Below, piece by piece: positions 7,319-16,082 of a stretch of DNA of 32,272 nucleotides. Position 1 is the stretch's first letter; each line of letters opens with the position of its first letter. The notes below the pieces were generated by a model. The model saw only the letters and a list, made by a program, of their open reading frames with translations. It had not been told where the DNA came from and searched no databases. The stretch is from a virus. Its lineage: Duplodnaviria; Caudoviricetes. Both the position numbers and the translations under genes were made by a program. Location of the stretch: IMG/VR virus record IMGVR_UViG_3300017747_002364, positions 1 through 32,272 of that record. One strand, given 5' to 3'.

Positions 7319-8199
7319 CTCTGCATTCTTGCCCGCGCAAGTATCAGTTGTACAAACTGAATACAAAGAAACAGGAACCAAAGGAAGGTGATACTTCCTC
7401 TGTGACATTCGCATTTGGTCACACGGTTGGACTGGGTATCCAAGAATACATCACCCATCACGATGAGGATCTCACAATCTGGAAATGTTTCCTGCAATGG
7501 GAAGCTGATCTGCTAGACGAGAATGACAAGCAGAAGAAATCGTTCTGGCTTGCAGTTGCCGCAGTCCAGCGTTTCATTTCCATGTGCAAGAATGGATTCC
7601 TCCGTGATTGGGAACTTGCTACATACAATGGCAAGCCTGCCGTAGAACTATCATTCATCGTAAGACTTCCTAACGGATTCACATACAAAGGATTCGTGGA
7701 TGCAGTCCTTGTTAATACTCTAACAGGGGAAGTAATGATACTGGAACTGAAGACAACTTCAGCTACCAATCTATCCTCCGCCGCATACAAGAATTCATTC
7801 CAAGGTATTGGCTACAGTATTGTGCTTGACACTCTGTTCCCAGATCTGTCATCCTACACTGTGCAGTATCTGATATACAAAACAAAGGCATCTGAGTATG
7901 ACTCGATGCCGTTTGAGAAATTCTATCTCGACCGCGCATTGTGGATTCGTACTCTCATGCTCGAAGTAGATACCATTATGATGTACGAAAATGCAGGGAT
8001 CTATCCTATGCACGGGGAATCCTGCTATGATTTCTACCGTGAGTGTGAGTACTATGGCACTTGCACTCTCAGCACAGAAGTACTGACTACCGCACTCACG
8101 GAGGAACAGAAGCAGGAATTGATTCGCGCACAGGAAGAAGATTTCCAAATCACACTCACGATCAACGATCTCATTCAAGCGCAGCTTGCTAAAGAATAA
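7270..8199 (+). CDS. Cas4/RecB-like PD-(D/E)XK exonuclease
   Basis: N-terminal LSYSS...CPRKY, GFVDAV...LELKT catalytic motif, QxxxY, and C-terminal Cys cluster CYDFYRECEYYGTC (Fe-S ligand pattern). Confidence 0.85.
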   Translation: MDTDLRIKALSYSSLLTLHSCPRKYQLYKLNTKKQEPKEGDTSSVTFAFGHTVGLGIQEYITHHDEDLTIWKCFLQWEADLLDENDKQKKSFWLAVAAVQRFISMCKNGFLRDWELATYNGKPAVELSFIVRLPNGFTYKGFVDAVLVNTLTGEVMILELKTTSATNLSSAAYKNSFQGIGYSIVLDTLFPDLSSYTVQYLIYKTKASEYDSMPFEKFYLDRALWIRTLMLEVDTIMMYENAGIYPMHGESCYDFYRECEYYGTCTLSTEVLTTALTEEQKQELIRAQEEDFQITLTINDLIQAQLAKE

Positions 8200-8226
8200 A
8201 CCGCACACACAAGGAGATACACTACT

Positions 8227-9078
8227 ATGAAACTAACCGACAAAGCACCATCCTCGACGCACCGCATTCTTGTATTCGGTGCTCCCAAATCTGGCAAGAC
8301 ACAGCTGGCCGCGGGACTGGCAAGCAAATACAAAATCATCTGGTTCGATCTGGAGAATGGCTATGGCACACTACTTAAACTACCGCGCGAATATCAGGAA
8401 AGGATTGAACTCGTATCCATTCCAGATAGCAAGACCTTCCCAATTGCAGTTGAGACGATGCTCAAAGTTATCACAGGAAAGGAAGTACAAATCTGTGAAG
8501 CGCACGGTAAGGTGCTATGCCCTCTCTGTAAGAAAGATAACGCACCTACGACCACAATCAATCTCTCTGAGGTTGGCCAGGATACGGTTGTTGTTATTGA
8601 CTCTCTCACCCAGTTCACGAATTCGGCAATCGCTTTTATAACTAAGGATAAGCCGGATGATTACAAGATGGATTTCTCTGACTGGGGAAACCTGCGCGCA
8701 GTAGTAGAGAAATTCCTTTCTCAAATTCAGCAGGCCAAATACAACGTAGTCTGCATCAGTCATGAAGAAGAAGTTGAGATGGAAGATGGCCGCAAGAAGA
8801 TTGTCCCTGTATGCGGATCATCTAAGTCATCTCGCAATACTGCAAAGTATTTCGATCATGTTGTGTATTGCGAGATGAAGAACAGGAAACACATTGCTGC
8901 ATCCAGCACAACGTATGCGAATAACATTCTTACTGGCAGTAGAACTGATGTAGTACTGGAGGGAATGGAAGCTGGCGGTGATCTCCATAGAATTATGCAA
9001 TCCACATCGCAGCCACCTGAAACTCCTGGGCAGAAGGCAATCGCATCACTCAAGACACTCGGAGGTATCACGAAATGA
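8227..9078 (+). CDS. AAA_24 / Sak4-like ATPase (putative single-strand annealing recombinase)
   Basis: Walker A GAPKSGKT, FDLENG, Walker B VVIDSLT, DWG, ISHE, FDHV; lies between the nuclease and SSB-like genes. Confidence 0.85.
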   Translation: MKLTDKAPSSTHRILVFGAPKSGKTQLAAGLASKYKIIWFDLENGYGTLLKLPREYQERIELVSIPDSKTFPIAVETMLKVITGKEVQICEAHGKVLCPLCKKDNAPTTTINLSEVGQDTVVVIDSLTQFTNSAIAFITKDKPDDYKMDFSDWGNLRAVVEKFLSQIQQAKYNVVCISHEEEVEMEDGRKKIVPVCGSSKSSRNTAKYFDHVVYCEMKNRKHIAASSTTYANNILTGSRTDVVLEGMEAGGDLHRIMQSTSQPPETPGQKAIASLKTLGGITK

Positions 9079-9347
9079 CACAGGACATTGATACAACTCT
9101 TACGGAACGTGGCTCTCGTTACGGACTCTTTGTCGATCACGCTCGCATCACACAGAATATCAAAGAGGCAATGCAAGATTCTCCCAACTGGGAAACTCTC
9201 GCAGTAGATCAGAAAGAATGTTTGGAAATGATCGCCCACAAGGTTGGTCGTATCCTAAACGGTGATCCTAACTATCACGATAGCTGGCATGACATTGTTG
9301 GCTATGCAAAGTTAGTGGCAGACAGGCTGCTAGGTATTATCAAATAA
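9075..9347 (+). CDS. DUF6378-like small helical protein (nucleotide pyrophosphohydrolase-like)
   Basis: TLxERGxRYG...KxxRILNGD...DSWHDIxGYA signature. Confidence 0.8.
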   Translation: MTQDIDTTLTERGSRYGLFVDHARITQNIKEAMQDSPNWETLAVDQKECLEMIAHKVGRILNGDPNYHDSWHDIVGYAKLVADRLLGIIK

Positions 9348-9411
9348 CCTGCACACACGCAACACATCCATGCAACTCAATCTACTTAAACCATGAAAGT
9401 GAGAAACTGAA

Positions 9412-9849
9412 ATGAGCGAAACCAATAGCAACGTCGATCTGGACAGCATCCTTGATTCTTCCATTGATGATCTGGCGGATCTCCCTGAGTTTGCCGTCTA
9501 TCCCAATGGCGTGCATCGTGTCATCATCAACTTCGAGAAGAAGGAAGTCAATAAGCATCCTTCCGTCGAGATGAAGATGAAGGCGCTGGAGACTGTGGAA
9601 CTCGCCAATGCTGGCGATACTCCGCTGGAAGCTGGCACGGAAGCATCTGTGCTGTATATGCTGGACAATGAATTCGGCCAGGGTTCTTTCAAAGCAATCA
9701 TGAAAACCCTCGGCGAAGCAACCGGCGCAGGCAAGATCTCCGAGATCATGGAAGCTGCACAAGGCATGGAAGTTCAGGTCGTGTGCAAGGTTCGCCAGAA
9801 CAAGGACAAGACTCAGTCCTATACCGGCGTGACCAAGATCATTGTCTAG
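9412..9849 (+). CDS. Putative single-stranded DNA-binding protein (DUF669-like OB fold)
   Basis: PxGxH/Y start followed by a beta-strand pattern; acidic; strong codon bias; follows the Sak4-like ATPase. Confidence 0.6.
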   Translation: MSETNSNVDLDSILDSSIDDLADLPEFAVYPNGVHRVIINFEKKEVNKHPSVEMKMKALETVELANAGDTPLEAGTEASVLYMLDNEFGQGSFKAIMKTLGEATGAGKISEIMEAAQGMEVQVVCKVRQNKDKTQSYTGVTKIIV

Positions 9850-9864
9850 ACCTAGGCGTATGAT

Positions 9865-9914
9865 CTGATTCCGGTGGGATTAGGATTCACAAGATCTTAG
9901 TCCCACTCAATCAG
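9865..9914 (+). promoter_or_regulatory. RNA stem-loop after the SSB-like gene
   Basis: GTGGGATTAGGAT / ATCTTAGTCCCAC 13-bp stem with two G-U pairs, extended by CTGATT/AATCAG. Confidence 0.65.
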
Positions 9915-9946
9915 CTCACACCACACAGAAAAGGAAACATAATGTC

Positions 9947-10321
9947 ATGGCTACTCCTAAATTTCGACCTTATCTTACCATTACTCAACTTAATTATTTT
10001 CTCGATCTCATGCAGTCTGATGATCGGGCGGCCACTGAAAATCTCAGGAAGAATACAACACAAGAATTAAAACTATTCCTACTGAAGCATGAGTATGGCG
10101 GTGTGACTCCTGCATTCGTTTCTACTGGACGCAAGTCTATTGCAGATAAACTTGGCCTAGATCTGGCTGATCCACTCCAAGCAAGGGAAGCAGCGTATGC
10201 TACATGGACTGCCAACCCGCAGCTTTGCACAGCAGAAGAAATCAAAATGGCACAGCTGTATCGGTATGAGAATAATCTAATGTCACCATCTGAGGAGGCT
10301 GAGTATGAACAAGGAATCTAA
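9947..10321 (+). CDS. Hypothetical protein
   Basis: 124 aa, AAGGA SD upstream. Confidence 0.8.
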   Translation: MATPKFRPYLTITQLNYFLDLMQSDDRAATENLRKNTTQELKLFLLKHEYGGVTPAFVSTGRKSIADKLGLDLADPLQAREAAYATWTANPQLCTAEEIKMAQLYRYENNLMSPSEEAEYEQGI

Positions 10322-10559
10322 AGCTGGATCTAAGCCCGCAGTTCGTAGCAGGGTATTCGTGTATGATGGCAAAGCATATATGCGTGTCACTCCTGTAAAG
10401 AGATTGTTCAATTCCACTATGGTACATGAGGTTGTGACCCGCGGTGACTTCTTTGCAGTTAATCTTCAAACTGCTGAACTCACTGTGCTTCCATCTGGAG
10501 CAGATATTGCAGCCTCCGCCAAAGATTTCCTACAACAAGAACTCGCATTCACGCGCTGA
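10305..10559 (+). CDS. Hypothetical protein
   Basis: 84 aa, GAGGAGG SD. Confidence 0.75.
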   Translation: MNKESKAGSKPAVRSRVFVYDGKAYMRVTPVKRLFNSTMVHEVVTRGDFFAVNLQTAELTVLPSGADIAASAKDFLQQELAFTR

Positions 10560-10570
10560 TCCACTGATCC

Positions 10571-12829
10571 ATGAGACTCTTACTTGTAGCTACTGCACAG
10601 GATAAGCCATACCTTGCAAGATTGAAACCTTGTATTGGTGTTGCATCCTGTGCAGTCATCACAGATACACCATCCACTCTATATGAGTTGGATGTAATTG
10701 CTCGTGAAAAGAAAGCTGATGCAATCATTACCACGTCGCAAGCATTGCTGAATAAGCTGGTAGTATTGCAGAACTCTCGCCGCAAACCTAGCATAGATAA
10801 CTATGCAGGTTCAATCTTTACTTCTCATGGCCGCGAGATACTATTCCTGCATCCTCTCGAACATCTTATCACCGTACCATACGGTGCATTCCTAGCATCA
10901 AGGTATATATCTAAACTGACGAATCCAACCGCGTGGTTCCCTGAGCCTGCGTTTGATTGGTGTGTGCTAGATCCTACCAATGTAGAACAGATATTCGAGA
11001 GGTATTCAAATGCGTACATCATCGCGGCCGATATCGAGACTTTCAGCGATCCTCCTAGTATTCGCTGCATTGGCTATACTGCTATATTCATCGACGCCAA
11101 TAACAATCTCAGCGCTCATTCAAGTGTTCTGCCTATTGATAGCAGCTGGGGTGTTACTTGGATGCGGAAGTTCAACTGGGAATTAAAAGCGCCAAAGGTA
11201 TTTCAGAATGGTAAATATGATATTGCGTATCTATCCATGTATTCGGCTGTCCCATATAATTACCTCTGGGACACCGCTACCATGTTCCATGCTTGGTACT
11301 CCGAACTCCCTAAAGACTTGGCTTCGCTTAATGCGTTCTTTGTACGCAAGTCTATGTACTGGAAAGACTTGGCCGCGACGTCAGATCTACATACATACTA
11401 TCTATATTGTGCCAAAGATACAGTCGCAACGGCGCTAGTTCTGCTAGGCTGCATCAGAGATATGCCAAAGTGGGCGGCAGATAACTATGCCAATGAGTTC
11501 CCACTTCTGTTTCCATGCCACCTTGCTGAGATGACTGGAATCAAGCGAGACATTCCAAGTCTCTCAACCCAATGCACAGAGATGGAAGCATCCATTTCCA
11601 GTAAGAATGCCAGACTATCTAAGCAACTGGGTGTGCGAGACTTCAATGTTAATAGCCCAGTTCAGATGAAAGAATTGCTAAAGATTCTAGGCTGTGCAGA
11701 TCTCGGCGCTGCTGATGCAAAGAATCTAGCGAAAGCAAAACTGCGTCATCCACTCAACGCACATCTCATTAACCAAGTAGTATCAATTCGTAAGGAGAGA
11801 AAACTTGTCTCAACCTACCTCACCCCAGGAAAAGAATACAGGGGAAGAATCCTATATGCTCTTAATCCACATGGAACTGATACCGGACGCCTTGCTAGTA
11901 AGGAGCATCATTTTTGGTGTGGCCTCCAGATCCAAAATATTCCAAGAGGATCTGTTGTTAAGCGCACCTTTGTTGCAGATGATGGATTCCGCATCGGGGA
12001 GTGCGATCTCGAACAAGCTGAAAGCCGTGACACAGCACATATCGCAGGTGACGAGAGTCTCATTAAAGCCGTCTCAGGCACAAGAGATTTTCACTCTGTC
12101 AATGCCTCGGCGTTTTTTGGCGTACCTTACGATTCTATCTACTCAGACGCCCTCAGAAAAACAATAGACAAGGCGCTGAGAGATCTGGCCAAGCGTGTGA
12201 ATCATGGTGCTAATTACAACATGGGCGCGAATGTTCTGGTAGATACGATGGGAGAAGATAAGATTGCCGAGGCCGCGCGCATATTGAAACTGCCGCGCCT
12301 CTGGTCTTACAAGCAAATAGCAGAGCACCTGCTCAAGCAATTCCATACCACATACCCTGCAATTTCTAGGATCTACTACCCCGGAGTTATCCATGAAGTT
12401 CTCACCACTCATATGCTGTCATCTAAAGCTGTACATACTGTACCGTATCAAGCTAATACAACTGGCTGGGTACGGTATTGCTTTGATGATCCGTCGAAAA
12501 GCAAGAGCGCGCTTAATGCCTACGTTGCGCATCCTCCGCAGTCTCTAAATGCAATGACTCTTAACAAAGCCTTCATGAGGGTATTCTATGAAATCGCAAT
12601 GCATCCCGATCACCACGCTAATTTTAAATTGCTCGCCCAAATTCATGATTCAATACTGTTCCAATTCAGGGAAGGTCATGAATATCTGGCAGAACGAGTA
12701 CGAGAATGTATGGAGATCAGTGTATCCATCAAAGGATACGATGGCAAAGTTAGAAGCTTTACTGTACCAGCAGCACTTAAGCTTGGGAAAGACGGTAAAG
12801 GAAGTACTAACTGGGGAGACACAGAGTGA
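10571..12829 (+). CDS. polA: Family A DNA polymerase with 3'-5' exonuclease and an N-terminal extra domain
   Basis: ExoI ADIET, ExoII QNGKYD, ExoIII YCAKD; TGRLAS, LQIQNIP; motif A DLEQAESR, motif B RDLAKRVNHGANY, motif C QIHDS. Confidence 0.95.
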   Translation: MRLLLVATAQDKPYLARLKPCIGVASCAVITDTPSTLYELDVIAREKKADAIITTSQALLNKLVVLQNSRRKPSIDNYAGSIFTSHGREILFLHPLEHLITVPYGAFLASRYISKLTNPTAWFPEPAFDWCVLDPTNVEQIFERYSNAYIIAADIETFSDPPSIRCIGYTAIFIDANNNLSAHSSVLPIDSSWGVTWMRKFNWELKAPKVFQNGKYDIAYLSMYSAVPYNYLWDTATMFHAWYSELPKDLASLNAFFVRKSMYWKDLAATSDLHTYYLYCAKDTVATALVLLGCIRDMPKWAADNYANEFPLLFPCHLAEMTGIKRDIPSLSTQCTEMEASISSKNARLSKQLGVRDFNVNSPVQMKELLKILGCADLGAADAKNLAKAKLRHPLNAHLINQVVSIRKERKLVSTYLTPGKEYRGRILYALNPHGTDTGRLASKEHHFWCGLQIQNIPRGSVVKRTFVADDGFRIGECDLEQAESRDTAHIAGDESLIKAVSGTRDFHSVNASAFFGVPYDSIYSDALRKTIDKALRDLAKRVNHGANYNMGANVLVDTMGEDKIAEAARILKLPRLWSYKQIAEHLLKQFHTTYPAISRIYYPGVIHEVLTTHMLSSKAVHTVPYQANTTGWVRYCFDDPSKSKSALNAYVAHPPQSLNAMTLNKAFMRVFYEIAMHPDHHANFKLLAQIHDSILFQFREGHEYLAERVRECMEISVSIKGYDGKVRSFTVPAALKLGKDGKGSTNWGDTE

Positions 12830-13197
12830 TCTCGCAGAATGAGTTGCTTGCAATCAAACAGCAGGTAGGTTTAGATTTTATACCTACTCAATACCAGAGA
12901 GCATTGGAGATACTGGCAGCCGATGGCCCAATCACTGTGGAGGCATTGTCTGTAGAATTAAATACATCACTAGAGTATTCTCGCCTTGTGATGCACAGAC
13001 TGAAAAGGATTGGTGTTGTCTGTGTAGTGCATTGGAAGCGCACTGGCGCAAATGGTATGCCCACTAAGGTGTGGGGATTTGGTAATAAGGATGTAAGGCA
13101 ACCTTCTAAACTGACGCCTGCTGAGAGAAGTGCAAGAAGCAGGATGAAGAAGAAAGTATTAGAAGGTAGTGTACGACTTGGAATATGGGGGATTTAG
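12826..13197 (+). CDS. Winged helix-turn-helix DNA-binding protein
   Basis: GPITVEALSVELNTSLEYSRLVMHRLKRIGVV wHTH pattern and basic C-terminus; GTGA overlap with the polymerase gene. Confidence 0.7.
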   Translation: MISQNELLAIKQQVGLDFIPTQYQRALEILAADGPITVEALSVELNTSLEYSRLVMHRLKRIGVVCVVHWKRTGANGMPTKVWGFGNKDVRQPSKLTPAERSARSRMKKKVLEGSVRLGIWGI

Positions 13198-13199
13198 AT

Positions 13200-13661
13200 A
13201 TGACTGAATCTTGGACTGAACTACATGAGGAACGTAACGCCCTGCGTAAACATGTGGAGGAACTGACGCAAGCAGAGAAAGAACGCACTTCTGCGCTACT
13301 GGATACCACTGAAGAACTAGAGGCTTGCGAGGAACAACTCGCCGCCGAGCAGCAAGCAAAAGCATGGCTGAAAAACGAATACACCGTGCAAGAATCGAAA
13401 CTGATCTGTGAGCAAGCATACTCGCAGCAGTTGCGTGAGGCGTTGCGTGGAATCTCGTCTGACAATCATCATTCTAGAGAACTGCGCAGAATAGCACTCT
13501 CCGCTCCCCATGACACCACCGCACTCGACCGCAGCAACAAGCTGTATGCGGCGGCGGTGTTGGAAAGGTACATTGAAATCATGCTGAAAGCAGGATGCAC
13601 AAGGGCTGTGCAAAAAGCCACCCAAGAAGCAGCACAACTTCGCAAGGAGGCTGGGGAATGA
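13200..13661 (+). CDS. Coiled-coil hypothetical protein
   Basis: E/L/A/K-rich heptads; start taken at ATG 13200. Confidence 0.75.
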   Translation: MTESWTELHEERNALRKHVEELTQAEKERTSALLDTTEELEACEEQLAAEQQAKAWLKNEYTVQESKLICEQAYSQQLREALRGISSDNHHSRELRRIALSAPHDTTALDRSNKLYAAAVLERYIEIMLKAGCTRAVQKATQEAAQLRKEAGE

Positions 13662-13984
13662 TGGACTTACAGACTATGGAAACCGAGTGGCTTGCATCTA
13701 AGCAACGCATCGCCGCTCTCGAAGCCGAGGTTGCGGAACTCAAAACGGAACTTGAACGAGAGCGTATCCGGCTTGCTGCTTGTGGAACCGCCGCACTCGG
13801 TTACTACAACGGGTGCAATGATGAATACAAGTCGGCATCACTGGACGATGTTCTGCGACTGCGGAAGGATGCGGAGCGGTATCGGTGGATCAGGAACAAC
13901 GACTATCTCAGCGTGATGGACAATGCTAAATGGGAATACCTTGATGCTGCCATCGACGCCGCTATCAAAGAGGCGCAATCGTGA
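13658..13984 (+). CDS. Hypothetical protein with the temperate-phage accessory motif DAERYRW...LDAAIDAA
   Basis: AAGGAGG SD and ATGA overlap; motif is common in lambdoid/prophage accessory (Ea22/Ead-region) proteins. Confidence 0.75.
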   Translation: MMDLQTMETEWLASKQRIAALEAEVAELKTELERERIRLAACGTAALGYYNGCNDEYKSASLDDVLRLRKDAERYRWIRNNDYLSVMDNAKWEYLDAAIDAAIKEAQS

Positions 13985-14118
13985 GCAAGAAATCTAAAAA
14001 GAAATTCCTCAAGCTGGTATTGAAACGTCGCAATTCTAAAGACACGGTTCCAGTCACCATAGTAGGAAAGAAGCTATTCTTCGGTAGGATTGTAAAACCG
14101 AAAGAACCTAAGGAATAA
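13981..14118 (+). CDS. 45-aa very basic peptide (MSKKSKKKFLKLVLKRRNSKDTVPVTIVGKKLFFGRIVKPKEPKE)
   Basis: Not in the ORF track. GTGA overlap, GAGG SD, ends 2 bp before the next gene. Confidence 0.6.
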   Translation: MSKKSKKKFLKLVLKRRNSKDTVPVTIVGKKLFFGRIVKPKEPKE

Positions 14119-14120
14119 CT

Positions 14121-15365
14121 GTGCAAAACAACCGTGATGATCTAATCACAGGATACATGAACTATATCGGGGAAACAGAAGCGCCTGCAACATTCCACCG
14201 ATGGTCATGTCTGACAATACTAGGAGCGTGGCTTGGCCGGAGATACCACTTTCGGCTGGGCCATTTTAGTATTTCTAGTAATCTCTATGTAATGCTAATG
14301 GGAGGTGCAGGTTCGCGGAAATCCACAGCGATCAAGATTGCAGCAGGTCTGCTAAGAAAAGCTGGCTATGATCGCATTGCCGCAGAGAGAACCACTAAAG
14401 AGAAATTCCTAATGGATCTAGCAGGTGAGGGATTGGAGACAGGCAGCACTGATATCTGGGAACAGAATCTATTTGGCGGCGAGGGCAGCGCAGCGGAAAT
14501 CCTAGTAGCAGCAGATGAATTCAATACATTCGTAGGTAACGGAAATATTGAATTCCTTTCGCTGCTAGGTGTGCTCTGGGATTACAGCGGGCAGTTCTCA
14601 GATCGTAAGAAAAATTCCAAGTCTCTCATCATAACTGATCCAACAGTAAGTATCCTAGCAGGTAACACAGCAACTGGTTTCAGCCTAGCGTTTCCAGCGG
14701 AAGCAATAGGCCAAGGTATTTTCTCCAGACTCATACTGATTCATGGAGAGAAAACTGATAAAAGAATCACATTCCCAGAAGCACCTTCAGACAAGACAGA
14801 GAAACTATTGGTAGATCTATTTCATGCAGTCAGACAGGTAGCATCAGGCGTGGCAGTATTAGATCCAACCGCGCGCAATATGCTAGATGCCATTTACAAA
14901 TCTCACGGGGGACTTTCAGATGTTCGATTCGAGTCTTATACTAACCGCCGGTTTACTCATCTTATTAAGCTATGTCTCATATGTTCTGCTTCTGCTCTGC
15001 GCAATGAGATTACTGAATCGGATGTTCTCTACGCTAATACGCTACTCACCCACGCGGAGCACAGCATGCCTAAGGCTCTTGGAGAGTTTGGAAAAGCGCG
15101 TAACTCTGATGTTGCACATAAAGTAATCCAAGTCCTAGAGAACTCATACACCCCAGTTACACTAAAAGTACTGTGGCAAGCAGTACATAATGATCTGGAA
15201 GATATATCCGCATTAAAGGATATGATCAGTAACCTAGTAATTGCGGAAAAGATCATATCCACAAAGGCAGGGTTCCTCGCAAAGCGCAGAATACTAGAGG
15301 AAGAATCAAGCGAGTTCGTAGATTTCTCACTGTTGTCAGATCAAGAAAGGAAATACATTGCATGA
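14121..15365 (+). CDS. DUF3987/YfjI-like P-loop ATPase, putative replicative helicase
   Basis: SNLYVMLMGGAGSRKSTA Walker A, LVAADEF Walker B, GIFSRL arginine-finger-like segment, C-terminal wHTH-like region. Confidence 0.8.
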   Translation: MQNNRDDLITGYMNYIGETEAPATFHRWSCLTILGAWLGRRYHFRLGHFSISSNLYVMLMGGAGSRKSTAIKIAAGLLRKAGYDRIAAERTTKEKFLMDLAGEGLETGSTDIWEQNLFGGEGSAAEILVAADEFNTFVGNGNIEFLSLLGVLWDYSGQFSDRKKNSKSLIITDPTVSILAGNTATGFSLAFPAEAIGQGIFSRLILIHGEKTDKRITFPEAPSDKTEKLLVDLFHAVRQVASGVAVLDPTARNMLDAIYKSHGGLSDVRFESYTNRRFTHLIKLCLICSASALRNEITESDVLYANTLLTHAEHSMPKALGEFGKARNSDVAHKVIQVLENSYTPVTLKVLWQAVHNDLEDISALKDMISNLVIAEKIISTKAGFLAKRRILEEESSEFVDFSLLSDQERKYIA

Positions 15366-15541
15366 GTATGATACAGATGGTTAAAAACAATGTGGTGTTC
15401 AGAGAATTCCCAACCGCGGAATTCAGTCTGAATACAATGTCTGGGCTGGTAGTGATTACATCCAGAGCAACAGGCAAGCCAGAAGTTGTATATTCTTCCA
15501 ATTACTTCGATTACGTGGAGATTACAGATGAAACAGTTTAA
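15362..15541 (+). CDS. 59-aa hypothetical protein (MSMIQMVKNNVVFREF...VEITDETV)
   Basis: Not in the ORF track. ATGA overlap, AAGGA SD, fills the gap. Confidence 0.6.
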   Translation: MSMIQMVKNNVVFREFPTAEFSLNTMSGLVVITSRATGKPEVVYSSNYFDYVEITDETV

Positions 15542-16082
15542 AGGCATCAAAGTGATGCATGATATTGAGACTCTCGGCACCAAACCTGGCTGCTCGATTC
15601 TCTCAATCGGGGCAGTTCCATTCGGAGTCCATGCTGATCTGGAACCGTTCTATGTAAAGATTTCTCGTGAGTCCTGCCGCGAAGTGGGACTGGTGGAAGA
15701 TGCTGCTACTCTCGCATGGTGGGATAAGCAATCGCCAGAAGCAAGACTGGAAGCATTCTCCGGCACAGTCCGTATCGAACTGGCGCTGCTGATGTACGCT
15801 GATTACCTGAAGCAACTATCTCCTGAGCATGGCATCGCACCGTGGGGAAATGGCGCATCATTCGATTCTCCCGTCCTCGCCGCCGCATACAATGCTTGCT
15901 TCCTGCCGCTGCCATGGGATTTCCGCAATGAAGCCTGCTACCGTACATTGAAGAATATGATCCCGATGATTCCATACACACCGCCTGCCATCAAGCACAA
16001 TGCCCTGCAAGATGCACTGGCGCAGGCAGCTCACGCTGAACGTATCATGGAGTTTCTGGAGACCAAGGGGATCCTGATATGA
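15528..16082 (+). CDS. DEDDh 3'-5' exonuclease (RNase T-like)
   Basis: HDIETLGT, WGNGASFD, HNALQDA motifs; start at ATG 15528 after GGAG. Confidence 0.88.
   Translation: MKQFKGIKVMHDIETLGTKPGCSILSIGAVPFGVHADLEPFYVKISRESCREVGLVEDAATLAWWDKQSPEARLEAFSGTVRIELALLMYADYLKQLSPEHGIAPWGNGASFDSPVLAAAYNACFLPLPWDFRNEACYRTLKNMIPMIPYTPPAIKHNALQDALAQAAHAERIMEFLETKGILI

Noticed and set aside
5662-9897. TCACAAGA in hairpin loops at about 5662-5675 and 9887-9894
   Set aside because: Only two intergenic instances of an 8-mer, which also occurs in coding sequence near 3740; chance cannot be excluded
12826-13197. wHTH gene as a lysogeny repressor, implying a prophage
   Set aside because: No integrase, att site, divergent cI/cro pair or host genes in the window; lifestyle cannot be settled from a partial genome
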